DNA of 64,000 nt from Candidatus Taylorbacteria bacterium RIFCSPLOWO2_01_FULL_48_100 (GCA_001821135.1 MHSA01000021.1:3956-67955), one strand, 5' to 3'. Positions 19,030 to 29,216 are shown, counted from the first letter of the stretch. Notes: generated from the letters alone by a model not told the origin. Numbers and translations are program-made.

Positions 19030-21195
19030 TTATGGGACTTGGATGTTGATGGTACTTACTGCACCAGAAATCTGAATTCCTGCAGTATCTGTAATTTCGG
19101 TTATAAGTCCGTAAGTTTCTCCTCTTGTTGCACTCGTAGGCGTAAATTCATATCCAACCGCAATCCGTTCTCCCGCCACTACATTAAATGTTTTTGTGGT
19201 CTTATAAAATCTCGGTTCATTGTTTACGAATTCTTCTTCAAGTTTTATTTCACCAGTCGTTTCATTTTTTACTCGCACAAGAATCTTTGAGAATTCTTGA
19301 CTAGGCGCAAAGTCCTTAAATACCCCGTTTTCCTTTTTCGTTATCATAACGCCAATCCGCGCATTGCTAAGCGGCTCGTTTATTGTGAATGCAGCGGCAT
19401 CCGTTTTTACTTCCACATTTACGCTCGCCGTGAGCGTCGGTGTAGTGTTTCCTCCTGTTCCTGTTGTTGCAGATGTTATCGGCGGCGGCTCTGCCGTAAC
19501 GCCCGACTGCGGTACCATACTCGCTGCATTGCCTTGTGTAGCTTTGCCGAATACTTCAACTTCTGCAATAGCAAGGGGGTGTACATCGCCAATATCAACT
19601 ATCCGTACATATCTACCCCTTTTAATGTTTGTGGTTTTAATGGAAAGTGTGTCGCCTGTAAAGTCCGAAGCGTTGTACTCTTTAGCGAATAGCACGGTTA
19701 ACGGGTCCGCGCCGAGGATTTCCACCTTGAATTTTCCTTGATTTAGCGTGTTTACATAAGTGCCCCAAGTTCCAACCGTCTTCCAGTCGCCTGTAAGACG
19801 ATAAATGACAATCTCGTTTATTTCATCAACTACCCATCCTTGTATTTTACTTGTTGCGTCAGTTTCAAGATCAACTCTCCAATAATTACCGCTTGTGCAA
19901 GCGAATGAGCCATAATAGATACTCCCTACTGCTTTTTGATTATTAACTGCCGCTTGTGCAAATGGGTCCTGCACTGTTATTGCTCCGAGCCTATCGCAAT
20001 TATCGAGTTGCGCCGCTTCTTTTCCTAACGCAATGTTCCCCGTTTTTATTTCAGAAAGAGATGTTACTCCGCCAGCTCCCGCGCTTCCTACTCGCTTGTT
20101 TATTTCCTGCCTCGTCGGGTCTATAGCGTTTGTCCCTGCCGTGTTGAGTAGCGCATCGTCTCCTTGATTTCCTTGTCGCTGTATTCGATCTTGTACTGTC
20201 ACAAAACTCTCTCCTGTTACAGTTACGCTCGCCTTGCTCGCGCCGCGGAGACCGCCTCTCGCTGACGAGAACACCTGTCGTAGCCCGTAATTCACGAGCG
20301 CTTGAAATACTTCGTTGATTTCGTCCGCCACCTCAAACTTGCGAAGTTCCGAACCAAACACATTATTTAGTTGGCCGTTTATAAGAGAGCCCGGAGTTTC
20401 CACTTTGTATTTAAGGCACACTTTCGCGCTGCCCTCCCCCGTTCCTTCGTTTGGACCCTCCGACCAATCAGTACATTTTTTATATGACAAAAATCCTCTT
20501 CCTTCAGAAAGCTCCCGCAGTTTTTCATTGGTTTTCCGCATAAGTTCCGTATTAAGCGCGTCGGATGCGAGAATGTACGCGCCGAATTGGTTGTTGCGCG
20601 GGTCTGAAGTAAGCGCGTGGAAGGTGTTCCACCCGCCGTTTGCGATAAACCCGCCACCCGTGAACGCACCATACGCATTCTTTTGAATATCAGTCAGGCG
20701 GCAGCCGATGTATTGCTTGCGCGATGAGCCGGTAGAAAGCCATAAGTTGAGCCGCAGGCGCAAGTCAAACGGACTGCAGAGGAGTTGCCCGATGCCCCCC
20801 AATTGCGTTTCAATAAAGTTTCCCGCAGTTATGTCCGCTATATTGGTGAAGAATCCTGCGGGGTCGGTTACGAACGCCGGGCCCCCCTCAAAATCGCTGT
20901 TTATCCAATCCACAATAGAGCCGGTAATTTCGTTAATAAGCGCTTCTTTGAGAAAAGTTACCAATCCGTCCAGAATACACTCTTTGGTGGTTTGCGAAGA
21001 TTGTTGGAGATTCCCATAGGATACTTGCAAAGCGACAGCGGCGTCGTAACTTGGCACAAAAAGTCCGAGAGGTGTCGGCGGCGGAGCAAATGGTATACAA
21101 CTAACAACCGCGTGAACGCGCTTGGTTGGTACAAAAAGCGCGGGAACTGCGATAGCGGTAGCAAGAAAGAAAATTGTAATTTTTTTCCAACGCAT
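19030..21195 (-). CDS. Large secreted T4SS-cluster protein with F-type lectin/discoidin-like domain
   Basis: Signal peptide; Cys-containing N-terminal region (WINSDFEGGPAFV); NIALGK...YWRVDL...GRYVRIV...LAIAEVEVFG. Confidence 0.65.
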   Translation of the reverse strand: MRWKKITIFFLATAIAVPALFVPTKRVHAVVSCIPFAPPPTPLGLFVPSYDAAVALQVSYGNLQQSSQTTKECILDGLVTFLKEALINEITGSIVDWINSDFEGGPAFVTDPAGFFTNIADITAGNFIETQLGGIGQLLCSPFDLRLRLNLWLSTGSSRKQYIGCRLTDIQKNAYGAFTGGGFIANGGWNTFHALTSDPRNNQFGAYILASDALNTELMRKTNEKLRELSEGRGFLSYKKCTDWSEGPNEGTGEGSAKVCLKYKVETPGSLINGQLNNVFGSELRKFEVADEINEVFQALVNYGLRQVFSSARGGLRGASKASVTVTGESFVTVQDRIQRQGNQGDDALLNTAGTNAIDPTRQEINKRVGSAGAGGVTSLSEIKTGNIALGKEAAQLDNCDRLGAITVQDPFAQAAVNNQKAVGSIYYGSFACTSGNYWRVDLETDATSKIQGWVVDEINEIVIYRLTGDWKTVGTWGTYVNTLNQGKFKVEILGADPLTVLFAKEYNASDFTGDTLSIKTTNIKRGRYVRIVDIGDVHPLAIAEVEVFGKATQGNAASMVPQSGVTAEPPPITSATTGTGGNTTPTLTASVNVEVKTDAAAFTINEPLSNARIGVMITKKENGVFKDFAPSQEFSKILVRVKNETTGEIKLEEEFVNNEPRFYKTTKTFNVVAGERIAVGYEFTPTSATRGETYGLITEITDTAGIQISGAVSTINIQVP

Positions 21196-21288
21196 AATTC
21201 GCCTTGCGCTTTCGCGCGGCGTCTTCCGTGCCTATATTATATGTGGTTGGACAGTCAGATGGAAGTGGAAAACATTATTGCAAACCCA

Positions 21289-21409
21289 TCTCGCCCTTAT
21301 CATAAGGGGGAGTACCCGAGCGAAGCGAGGGGGAGGGGGTCTAACACAGAAACAAACAACCCCTCCGCCTCGCGGACTCGGCACCTCCACTTAGGAAAAG
21401 GGCAGGAGG
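21289..21409. repeat. Palindromic repeat family B, copy 2
   Basis: Similar to 8522-8651. Confidence 0.9.
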
Positions 21410-21415
21410 TAAAAT

Positions 21416-22402
21416 CTAAATTCCAGATGTCGCTCTCCATAACGCATAGCCGTTTTCGTTTTCATTGTATGAGATGCCACGCGTTTCTAGAAAATTACGT
21501 AGCGCCGTAAGCGATTCTCCGAGGCGCGGCGCAGCATCCAAGTAGCGCGCAATCGCCGACACTGTTTTGATGGGGTCGTCTAATGCAACACTCATACCGC
21601 GAATACTCCCCCCTATTTCCATTGCTGTATTTGCAAAACGCAAATGCACGGCGAGCGCGCTTTGTGGAACTGATATTTTCATAGCCGCTTTTCCGAGATT
21701 GTTGTACGCAAGCGAAATCGGCGTTAGGTTCGCAAGGTCAAGCCGCGCGGTCTCTTGGTTCGGGTCTTGTATTGCACGCTCAAAAACCGCGAGTTCGTTC
21801 TCGCGCGACGGCCACGGCTTTTTGAGCACAGCGCCGAGCGTGTTTCCGTACGCGCGAAGCGCGCTTTCATTTTCTTCATTGAATATTTCTACATCTTTCT
21901 CCGTAAATAGTTGCGGGGCTTCCTCCGGAACGCTTGCCGACACGGTGTCTATAATTTTCGCAATTTCATTTTGCGAAAGCGGCAACCCTTCTTGCCTAGA
22001 TGATAGGTATGTAGCAAACAGTTCGCGCGCGAACCGTTCCGTATCGGGAATGTCTTTTTTCGCTTGCGGATTCACCTTTACGGCGATAGTTGCGGAATCA
22101 AGCAAGGCGTCTGCGCCGGCAATTAGCGGATTTCTCCCGCTTTTTATTTCCTCCGCGTCCCCCATTCCATCTACATCTGTATCCGGATTCAGCGGGTCAG
22201 TACGCCATAGTTCCTCCTCCCAGTCCTTCAAGCCGTCTTTATCGGAGTCGGCAATCAAAGCGGCGGAGCCGAGCGCGTCTGCCGGCGTTTTTGCTTGCGC
22301 AGATATTTCCTCTCCTTGGTTTTTATACTCGCCATATACAATAAAGCCGCCGAGTCCAGCAAGGACAGAAAGCGAAAAAACAAGAAAAGAGTGTTTGCGC
22401 AT
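21416..22402 (-). CDS. Membrane-anchored protein with DxDxDG calcium-binding (TSP3-like) repeats
   Basis: DSDKDGLKDWEE..TDPLNPDTDVDGMGDAEE. Confidence 0.75.
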   Translation of the reverse strand: MRKHSFLVFSLSVLAGLGGFIVYGEYKNQGEEISAQAKTPADALGSAALIADSDKDGLKDWEEELWRTDPLNPDTDVDGMGDAEEIKSGRNPLIAGADALLDSATIAVKVNPQAKKDIPDTERFARELFATYLSSRQEGLPLSQNEIAKIIDTVSASVPEEAPQLFTEKDVEIFNEENESALRAYGNTLGAVLKKPWPSRENELAVFERAIQDPNQETARLDLANLTPISLAYNNLGKAAMKISVPQSALAVHLRFANTAMEIGGSIRGMSVALDDPIKTVSAIARYLDAAPRLGESLTALRNFLETRGISYNENENGYALWRATSGI

Positions 22403-22443
22403 AGTGATTACATTAAGTATATACCTCGTGCTACAATTTTGGT

Positions 22444-23391
22444 ATGAAGCGTGTGTTTTCTTTTTATTTTTTTACAATACTCGGTTTGTTTTTTGTTTTT
22501 TCTGCTATACACGCAGAAGGATGGAAGTTTCCGCGCGAGATGCGACTAGGCGCTCGCGGTCCGGATGTTTTTGCGCTTCAGAGGACTCTCAACGAAAATA
22601 TGCAGACGCGCGTTTCGGAAAGAGACGCGGGTTCGCCAGGCAATGAGACGAATTATTTTGGACCGGCGACCGCAAGGGCAATTGTGGTATTTCAGCGACA
22701 AAATGCAATTACGGGAGAAACGGGGCGCGTTGGTCCGGCGACACTGGTGATGTTGAATAAAAAATTAGCGCAGAATATCAATCCCGTTAGAAGTAAGGAA
22801 CCTGTGGTTCCTGCCGATTTGCCTACGGCAAATCGGACTTCTAACGGGACACATCCCAACTCTCGCAACCTAGACCAATTTCTGGATATTGTTGAACAAG
22901 TAGGTGTAACACAAGGCCGTTCTGCGGGGGATTTACAAAAACTTTCGGAAGAAATGCGCTCCTTTGCGCTTTCTACCACCACTGATTTTTTTACTGAGTT
23001 CGCACAAAAAGCGCGCGGCAATTCAATCTCCATTTCTTTAGAATCGCCGTTCAAAAGCCGTATCGGCTCTTTGTTGGAAAAATTCGCTGGCGTGTTCGCT
23101 TTGCGGGCTGACGCGCAAGCACCGTCTTTCGGCGGAATGGTTGTTTATGTATTCCCATGTACTTGCAGCGGTAATTGGCTTGTGGGTATGGTTCCGTTAT
23201 CTATTCCGACTATTTCTTTAATCACTCACTATCAAGGCACTCAAGCTTTTGCTTGGTTTAATGCGCCATTCACATTGTTTATGAAAGGTAATTATATCCC
23301 GCAAGGCGCGCCGTGTTTGTTTACGGTACCGTTTGCGTGCATCCCACTTCCCTCGCAAGCGCAGACCACTCCTATACTTGGCTCATCATAA
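22444..23391 (+). CDS. Peptidoglycan-binding domain protein with Cys-containing C-terminus
   Basis: LGARGPDVFALQRTLN..FGPATARAIVVFQ..GRVGPAT. Confidence 0.8.
   Translation: MKRVFSFYFFTILGLFFVFSAIHAEGWKFPREMRLGARGPDVFALQRTLNENMQTRVSERDAGSPGNETNYFGPATARAIVVFQRQNAITGETGRVGPATLVMLNKKLAQNINPVRSKEPVVPADLPTANRTSNGTHPNSRNLDQFLDIVEQVGVTQGRSAGDLQKLSEEMRSFALSTTTDFFTEFAQKARGNSISISLESPFKSRIGSLLEKFAGVFALRADAQAPSFGGMVVYVFPCTCSGNWLVGMVPLSIPTISLITHYQGTQAFAWFNAPFTLFMKGNYIPQGAPCLFTVPFACIPLPSQAQTTPILGSS
22783..22848. mobile_element. MITE-like family C element, in frame inside a CDS (66 bp)
   Basis: TIRs CCCGTTAGAAGT / ACTTCTAACGGG with internal hairpin CCGATTTGCC-TAC-GGCAAATCGG. Confidence 0.7.
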
Positions 23392-23401
23392 GTAGATAAA
23401 C

Positions 23402-23446
23402 ATACGAATATACGAATGATACGAATCTGCGAATGGCTACGAATAA
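23402..23446. repeat. Family A single arm (contains the rsmA stop)
   Basis: ATACGAATATACGAATGATACGAATCTGCGAATGGCTACGAATAA. Confidence 0.85.
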
Positions 23447-24219
23447 TACAAAGACAAACACCCCCATTGTGCAAGTGAAACATCCTCTGCGCGCGCGTTT
23501 TTTTCTACGCCGCATTTTTCTAGCATATCGGGAGTTATGCCTAAATTTGACGCGAGCAATTTGCGCGGATGCGCAAATCCTTTCTTGAGAACCGCAAAGA
23601 ATCTTTCTTCCGCAAAGTCAGCAAAAAACTTCTTTGATATACCCGATATTTTAAGAATCGCCGAATCCACCTTTGGCGTGGGCGAAAACGAGCCCGCTTT
23701 TACTGTGCCGATATATTTTGGTGTTCCGTAGCATTTTACGCTTATGGAAAGAATGGATTCTTTGTTTACCCCGCGTAGCCTTGGCGAAATGGGACCGGCA
23801 ACAATCCGTTTCGCAACCTCTTTTTGTAAAAGGAGAATCATCATGCTCGGTTGCATTTCGCTTTGCAGAAATTTTCGGAGAAATTGTCCGGTAATATAAT
23901 AAGGGATATTGGCGACTATTTTATAAGGAAACGGCTCGATTTTTTCAAGATCTAAAATATCGCAATGAATAAGTTCTAACTTTCCAGACGCAATTTCCTT
24001 CGCAAATCTTTTTTGCAAGACAGGAATCAGGTGCGAGTCCTTTTCTACCGCAACGACACGCCCGGCGCGTTCAAGAAGGAGCGCGGTCAAAACACCTTCA
24101 CCTGGTCCAACTTCCAGCACGGTGTCGGTCGGAACAAGCTCTGCCGCCGCGACTATTTTTTCTAACGCGCCGCGGTTTCGTAAGAAATGCTGGCCCAATG
24201 ATTTTTTACTACGAATCAT
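23437..24219 (-). CDS. rsmA: 16S rRNA adenine dimethyltransferase
   Basis: KKSLGQHFL, LEVGPGEG, ANIPYYIT, PKVDSA. Confidence 0.97.
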   Translation of the reverse strand: MIRSKKSLGQHFLRNRGALEKIVAAAELVPTDTVLEVGPGEGVLTALLLERAGRVVAVEKDSHLIPVLQKRFAKEIASGKLELIHCDILDLEKIEPFPYKIVANIPYYITGQFLRKFLQSEMQPSMMILLLQKEVAKRIVAGPISPRLRGVNKESILSISVKCYGTPKYIGTVKAGSFSPTPKVDSAILKISGISKKFFADFAEERFFAVLKKGFAHPRKLLASNLGITPDMLEKCGVEKNARAEDVSLAQWGCLSLYYS

Positions 24220-24220
24220 A

Positions 24221-24322
24221 ATACCAATATACGAATGCATACTAATATACAAATAGATACGAATAAAGATAGTGAGCATTCGTAGTCATTCGTATACATT
24301 CGTACCATTTGTAGATTGGTAT
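24221..24322. repeat. Palindromic repeat family A copy overlapping the pcrA 3' end
   Basis: Two inverted arms; right arm encodes the last PcrA residues (YQSTNGTNVYE). Confidence 0.85.
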
Positions 24323-26196
24323 ATATCTGCTTCCAGCAGATTTTCAGGAATATCAAAAATAAACTCGGAAGGCAAATTTACTTGCCGCGAACCGAACACA
24401 CTCCGCGCGCCCGCGTACGACAAGAATAATTTTTTGCGTGCGCGCGTGAGCGCCACATAGAAGAGTCGCCGCTCCTCCTCGGATTCCTCTTCTGTAATTT
24501 TGTCCGCATACAACCGAGCGTGAGGGAAAAGCCCGTCTTCAAGACCTGTAATGAACACAGTATCAAACTCAAGCCCTTTTGCCGCGTGTACCGTCATAAG
24601 CCGCACGGCATTTTTTTCTTCTTTCAACTCGTCTTGGTCGCTTTGGAGTGCCGCGTCTGCAAGGAATTGTTCCAATGCTTCGCGCCGTTCAATTCCGTTG
24701 TAACGAGTTGAAAAAGAAATAAGTTCGCGGATGTTTAGAAGCCGTTCTTCGTCTTCCCCGTCGCCATCTTTCAGTGCTTTTTCAAGCCCGCTTTCGGTTA
24801 AGACAAACTTGAGCGCGATGGATAGCGGCTCGGTTTCCAGTTTTTTCTTTATACGCGCGAGTAGCGCGCGGAATGCGGCGATTTTCGTGCGCGTTCCTAG
24901 GGTTATTCCACTTTCTTGTTTCGCGAGTATTTTGAGAAGCGTTACTTTACCGATACCGCGCGTTGGGACATTGATAATGCGTGCAAAGTCAGCGGTATCC
25001 GATTCGCTTAACGCCGCGCGGACATACGAAATAATGTCCTTCACCTCTTTTCGTTCAAAAAACCGCACGCCAATAACCTGATACGGAATATCAGCACCCA
25101 TAAATGCTTCTTCAAGTGCGCGGCTTTGGAAATTGGCGCGGAACAGCACAGCAATTTCTTTCGGTTCTGCCCCACCAGCAATCAATTCGCGCGATTTCTC
25201 TGCGACAAATTGCGCTTCGTGCGCCTCGTCAAACCCAGCAAACAGGTCAATTTTCTCTCCCCCTGAATTTTTCGTAAAGAGCGTTTTTTCCCGCCGATGC
25301 TTGTTCTTTTCAATCACGCGATTTGCGGCATCAAGAATCGTTTGCGTGGAGCGGTAATTTTCTTGGAGCGTTACCACTTTTGCATTCGGCCAGTCCTTTT
25401 CAAACCCCATAATATTTTTCATGCTCGCCCCGCGCCATTGGTAAATATTCTGGTCCACATCCCCCACAACTGCGATGTTTCTGTGCGCCTCCGCGAGCAG
25501 GCGCGCAATGTCGTACTGTACTCGGTTGGTGTCTTGATATTCGTCTATGTGTAGATATTTCCACTGTGTCTGATACGCCTCGCGCACGCCAGTTTCTTTT
25601 TTTAAAAGCAAAGCGGTCTTGAGGAGTAGGTCGTCAAAGTCCAGCGCTTTTTCTTCTGTAAGTATTTTTTCGTACGCGTCCCACACGCGCGACACGACAC
25701 GGGGGAAAAAATCGCTTGCGCGCTCCGCAAACTCATCTGCTGTAACACCCTCTCCTTTTTGTCGGCTGATGGCGCCAAGGATTTTCGGCGGTTCAAAATT
25801 CTTCGGGTCAAAACCAGCGATTTTAGTCGCTTGTTTTATCGCGCGTATGGAATCGCCTCGGTCAAAAATGGTAAAGCGTGGCGAAAGCCCCGCGCGTGTC
25901 GCATTGTCGCGCAAAATACGAACACCAAGAGAGTGAAATGTTGAAATAAACGGCAATTCCGTAACATCTGAAAGCAAGTTGCTAACTCTGTTTCGCATCT
26001 CTTGCGCCGCTTTATTTGTGAATGTAATCGCAAGAATAGATGACGGCTCAACACCGGTTTTTATTAAATGCAAAATGCGGTGCGCAATCACGCGCGTCTT
26101 CCCAGCACCCGCACCAGCGATAATCAAAAGTGGTCCGTCGCGGTGTTCCACCGCCTCACGCTGGCGCGGGTTCAATTCATCAAGATAAGACATCAA
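24286..26196 (-). CDS. pcrA: UvrD/PcrA helicase
   Basis: AGAGAGKT, IDEYQDTN, VGDVDQNIY, NYRST, TVHAAKGLEF, EERRLFYVA. Confidence 0.95.
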   Translation of the reverse strand: MMSYLDELNPRQREAVEHRDGPLLIIAGAGAGKTRVIAHRILHLIKTGVEPSSILAITFTNKAAQEMRNRVSNLLSDVTELPFISTFHSLGVRILRDNATRAGLSPRFTIFDRGDSIRAIKQATKIAGFDPKNFEPPKILGAISRQKGEGVTADEFAERASDFFPRVVSRVWDAYEKILTEEKALDFDDLLLKTALLLKKETGVREAYQTQWKYLHIDEYQDTNRVQYDIARLLAEAHRNIAVVGDVDQNIYQWRGASMKNIMGFEKDWPNAKVVTLQENYRSTQTILDAANRVIEKNKHRREKTLFTKNSGGEKIDLFAGFDEAHEAQFVAEKSRELIAGGAEPKEIAVLFRANFQSRALEEAFMGADIPYQVIGVRFFERKEVKDIISYVRAALSESDTADFARIINVPTRGIGKVTLLKILAKQESGITLGTRTKIAAFRALLARIKKKLETEPLSIALKFVLTESGLEKALKDGDGEDEERLLNIRELISFSTRYNGIERREALEQFLADAALQSDQDELKEEKNAVRLMTVHAAKGLEFDTVFITGLEDGLFPHARLYADKITEEESEEERRLFYVALTRARKKLFLSYAGARSVFGSRQVNLPSEFIFDIPENLLEADIYQSTNGTNVYE

Positions 26197-26216
26197 GAAA
26201 ATATAGCACAGATAAA

Positions 26217-26242
26217 GAAAAATCCCCCAGCGGGGATTTTTC
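26217..26242. repeat. Short hairpin GAAAAATCCCC...GGGGATTTTTC (inverted copy at 49222-49250)
   Basis: Near-identical stem-loop found twice. Confidence 0.6.
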
Positions 26243-26249
26243 TGTGTTT

Positions 26250-26376
26250 CCTCTCGCCCTTATCCTAAGGGGGAGTACCCGAGCGAAGCGAGGGGGAGGG
26301 GGTCGTTCCCGCAAAACCAAATCCACCCCTCCGTCTCCCTACGGGAGACACCTCCCCTTAAGTTAATGGCAGGAGG
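26250..26376. repeat. Palindromic repeat family B, copy 3
   Basis: Similar to 8522-8651. Confidence 0.9.
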
Positions 26377-26384
26377 AAAAAATA

Positions 26385-28370
26385 CTACCTCCCACCAAAA
26401 AACGCCTTCACAAACCCCCACACATCTGATTCTGGAATGCCTGCGCCGGCAAGTTGTTGAGAAATACCGATGAATGCTCCGGCTTTATACACAATTTCTT
26501 TGGAAACAGATGATGAACAGTTGTCTGTTTCGGTTCCAATACAGAGGCGGAAGTAGTATGAGCCGACGCCAGCAGTCCATGTGTGGGAGACGGTCTGTGT
26601 TCCGCCTGCGGCAAGATTAGCAATCGGGCCGACATTTGCGCTGAAGTCATACCAATTTGCGTTGTTAGATGAGTATTGGAATCGCGCTGGAACTGAGGAA
26701 GTGAGCGCGCCTCCACTGTTTGATACAGTTGAGGTAAGTGTCAGTTGTCCCGCGTAAAGCTTCCCTTCTGTCGCATCTTCTCCTGATATGCTAGGCGTGC
26801 TTGCGTTTAGTTTTGGTGAAGCGGTAGTTGTTGTCGGTGTTGTTGTGGCGGTTGTTGTGGCGGTTGTTGTGGCGGTTGTTGTGGCGGTTTTTGTTGGAGC
26901 TGTTGTTGTTGGTTGCGTAACATTCACCGTTACTGTGTCGGATGCCGTTGCGCTACCGCCATCTTGTTTACAGGTAACTGCATATGTTTTAGAAACAGTC
27001 GCAGTAGTGCGAATCGCCCCAGTCGCTTCCCCAGTTACATCTCCATTACACTGTTCAATCTTTCCAGTGGTTGTATATGAAAGCGCAATCGCTGTTCCAG
27101 CCGCTACTGTTATTGGGCCGTCGCTTGGAATGCTGTTGTTTGTGTATGCTTTGAGGTCTACGGTAATGGGGCTTGCTGGGGCGGTGATGGTGAAGTAGGA
27201 GTCGCTTTCGTCGAAAGCGGCATAAGTGTTTTTCTGCATATTGGAGCAATAGAGGTCAGAATTTGATTGCGGACAAAGTCCGATTTGTAATTTGTAATTG
27301 CCAGTTCTTTGTGCTTCCGGTATTCTCCACTGATAATTTGTTATCCCGGGCGAGAATATCTCCTGACCTAGACCGACAGAAAAATATCCGTCTGGGCCGA
27401 GTAAATTAAGTACAAATTTGTATCCTGCTGATGCCCCTCTCCAAGAAATTGTCTGTGTGGAACCTGTCTGCCAACTCTCTCCCCCATTCGGACTCAACAC
27501 AGTAATACTCGGCTGCGCGGAGGTGGCGGGGGCAGATGAATATATCGTGAATCTACCACCACTGATAGGAAGCGACCCACTTACAGAAGCGGATGTCCTA
27601 ATGGCAACAACTCTAACTGAAAATTCCTTACCATCATATTGACTTATATTAGGGGCCATAACTACACCAAAAGTGAAAACTTGTCCTTCATCAGGGATAA
27701 AACCGGAATAAAGCGCCACCGCTTGATTATTGGTATTGAACGGAATAGGGACAATTGGACCAGATGGTATTGGTGCCACTGTGGTGGAGTAGTTGGAATT
27801 TTCTGGGAAGATAACTACACCAGCAAATGCGTTACGAGGTGCTGTACCAGTTAACTCTAGAACAAAACCTTCAATTTTTTGTAATGGCTTACCACTACTT
27901 TTCAAGGTGATATGGGTTGTCCTAACTGCTGTTCCACTCGCAATGTTTTCCATAGTAGAATTCATTGCTGGAGAAACCTGAATCTCTGTTTGTGTCACCG
28001 GAATCGGCGCGGTAACCGTTGCCTGTCCCGACACATTTACCACCACACTATCATCATCGCGCTCGCCTTCTTTGTTGATGCACGCGACTTTAATAACTGC
28101 GGAACGGCTAATGCGCCCGGCGACTGTGCCCGACAATTTAATATCATTTTTAGACCAATTGCCTCGGCATCGGCTTGCGCCTTCTGATATCCAACTCACG
28201 ACAATGCGACTTCCTTTCTCTACAGTAACAGGCCCATCCTGCCCGTTCACTTTCATATCTACCGACACCGTCTCAAATATATTCTCAAACCCGACATCCT
28301 GCGCCTTTGCGACTGCAACAAACGCAAACACTGCAATACCGACTGCGCCGACATAAAGGAGTTTCCTCAT
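26385..28370 (-). CDS. Secreted multi-Ig-domain surface protein with Thr-rich linker
   Basis: Signal peptide; ITVLSPNGGESWQTG domain; (TATT)n; CARDB-like C-terminal domain. Confidence 0.75.
   Translation of the reverse strand: MRKLLYVGAVGIAVFAFVAVAKAQDVGFENIFETVSVDMKVNGQDGPVTVEKGSRIVVSWISEGASRCRGNWSKNDIKLSGTVAGRISRSAVIKVACINKEGERDDDSVVVNVSGQATVTAPIPVTQTEIQVSPAMNSTMENIASGTAVRTTHITLKSSGKPLQKIEGFVLELTGTAPRNAFAGVVIFPENSNYSTTVAPIPSGPIVPIPFNTNNQAVALYSGFIPDEGQVFTFGVVMAPNISQYDGKEFSVRVVAIRTSASVSGSLPISGGRFTIYSSAPATSAQPSITVLSPNGGESWQTGSTQTISWRGASAGYKFVLNLLGPDGYFSVGLGQEIFSPGITNYQWRIPEAQRTGNYKLQIGLCPQSNSDLYCSNMQKNTYAAFDESDSYFTITAPASPITVDLKAYTNNSIPSDGPITVAAGTAIALSYTTTGKIEQCNGDVTGEATGAIRTTATVSKTYAVTCKQDGGSATASDTVTVNVTQPTTTAPTKTATTTATTTATTTATTTPTTTTASPKLNASTPSISGEDATEGKLYAGQLTLTSTVSNSGGALTSSVPARFQYSSNNANWYDFSANVGPIANLAAGGTQTVSHTWTAGVGSYYFRLCIGTETDNCSSSVSKEIVYKAGAFIGISQQLAGAGIPESDVWGFVKAFFGGR
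26839..26890. repeat. 12-bp tandem repeat GTTGTTGTGGCG x~4 (Thr-rich linker)
   Basis: Direct tandem repeat visible in sequence. Confidence 0.85.
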
Positions 28371-28489
28371 CTCGTTAGAGACAGGTCGCGGTCGCCCGCT
28401 TCCCCATCCCGTATGGTTTAATTAACTTTGTAATAAAAATTGAACTAATACGAAAATATAAACCCTCCGCGACCGCTGTCTCTAACGGG
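28371..28489. mobile_element. MITE-like family C element abutting a start codon
   Basis: TIRs CTCGTTAGAGACAG / CTGTCTCTAACGGG. Confidence 0.75.
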
Positions 28490-28550
28490 ATTCATACACC
28501 ACAAGAGTATATCACTGGGGGCGTGCTTATAGACACTGTGGATAAGTGCG

Positions 28551-29216
28551 TTATTTCAGCCCGAGCAGATTTTTTGCAATTCGCGGCACTTCAGCGCGAA
28601 AATAGCTTTTTATATCCTCCCATGTCATGTCAAAAAAGAGCGTGGGCATAAGGTCGTTTTCCGCATCATCAAAATAAGTCATGCTTTTTATGATGTGGTG
28701 ATAGTTATGCGCCACCGTAGGATACTGACGCGGCAACTTTTCAACGACTGATTCAAGCGGCGCGACATTGTTTGCATACCAGTACAAATCCACAAAATCG
28801 CGCTTGCGTCCGCGCTGGCTCATTGCGATAATTTTCATTACGGCGATGTCGTCTTTATCAAGAACGGCAACCGCCCCATATTTCAATGGTGGCACCACAG
28901 GGACAAAAAATGGATATGCGATAAAACTAATTTTTGCTTTACAAAGCGTCCCGTACACCGTTCCTTCTTTTACGATTTTGCCCTGCCAGATGCGATTGTC
29001 TGGAAAATGCCGTGTTATTTCGGCTGGAGCGAAGGTTTTCTCTTGCGTAAAGAAATCAAGGTCAACCGATTGCCGATGCCCAACTTGGAGCGCGAGCGCG
29101 GTTCCGCCAGCAAGATACCATTTTTCTTCTTCAAGCCAGGATTCTTTGCGCGCATACTCAAGAGCTTTTTGCGTTGACCGCGGAAGCGCTTCAAGTTTTG
29201 GCGTCCATTCGTTCAT
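28551..29216 (-). CDS. AbiEii-family nucleotidyltransferase (type IV TA toxin-like)
   Basis: YLAGGTALALQVGHRQSVDLDFF, MKIIAMSQRGRKRDFVDLY. Confidence 0.9.
   Translation of the reverse strand: MNEWTPKLEALPRSTQKALEYARKESWLEEEKWYLAGGTALALQVGHRQSVDLDFFTQEKTFAPAEITRHFPDNRIWQGKIVKEGTVYGTLCKAKISFIAYPFFVPVVPPLKYGAVAVLDKDDIAVMKIIAMSQRGRKRDFVDLYWYANNVAPLESVVEKLPRQYPTVAHNYHHIIKSMTYFDDAENDLMPTLFFDMTWEDIKSYFRAEVPRIAKNLLGLK

Noticed and set aside
21567-22646. 359-aa plus-strand ORF
   Set aside because: Antisense shadow of 21416-22402; Ser/Ala-rich with no motifs.
28537-28545. Isolated perfect DnaA box TGTGGATAA as an origin
   Set aside because: Single box with no cluster or unwinding element.
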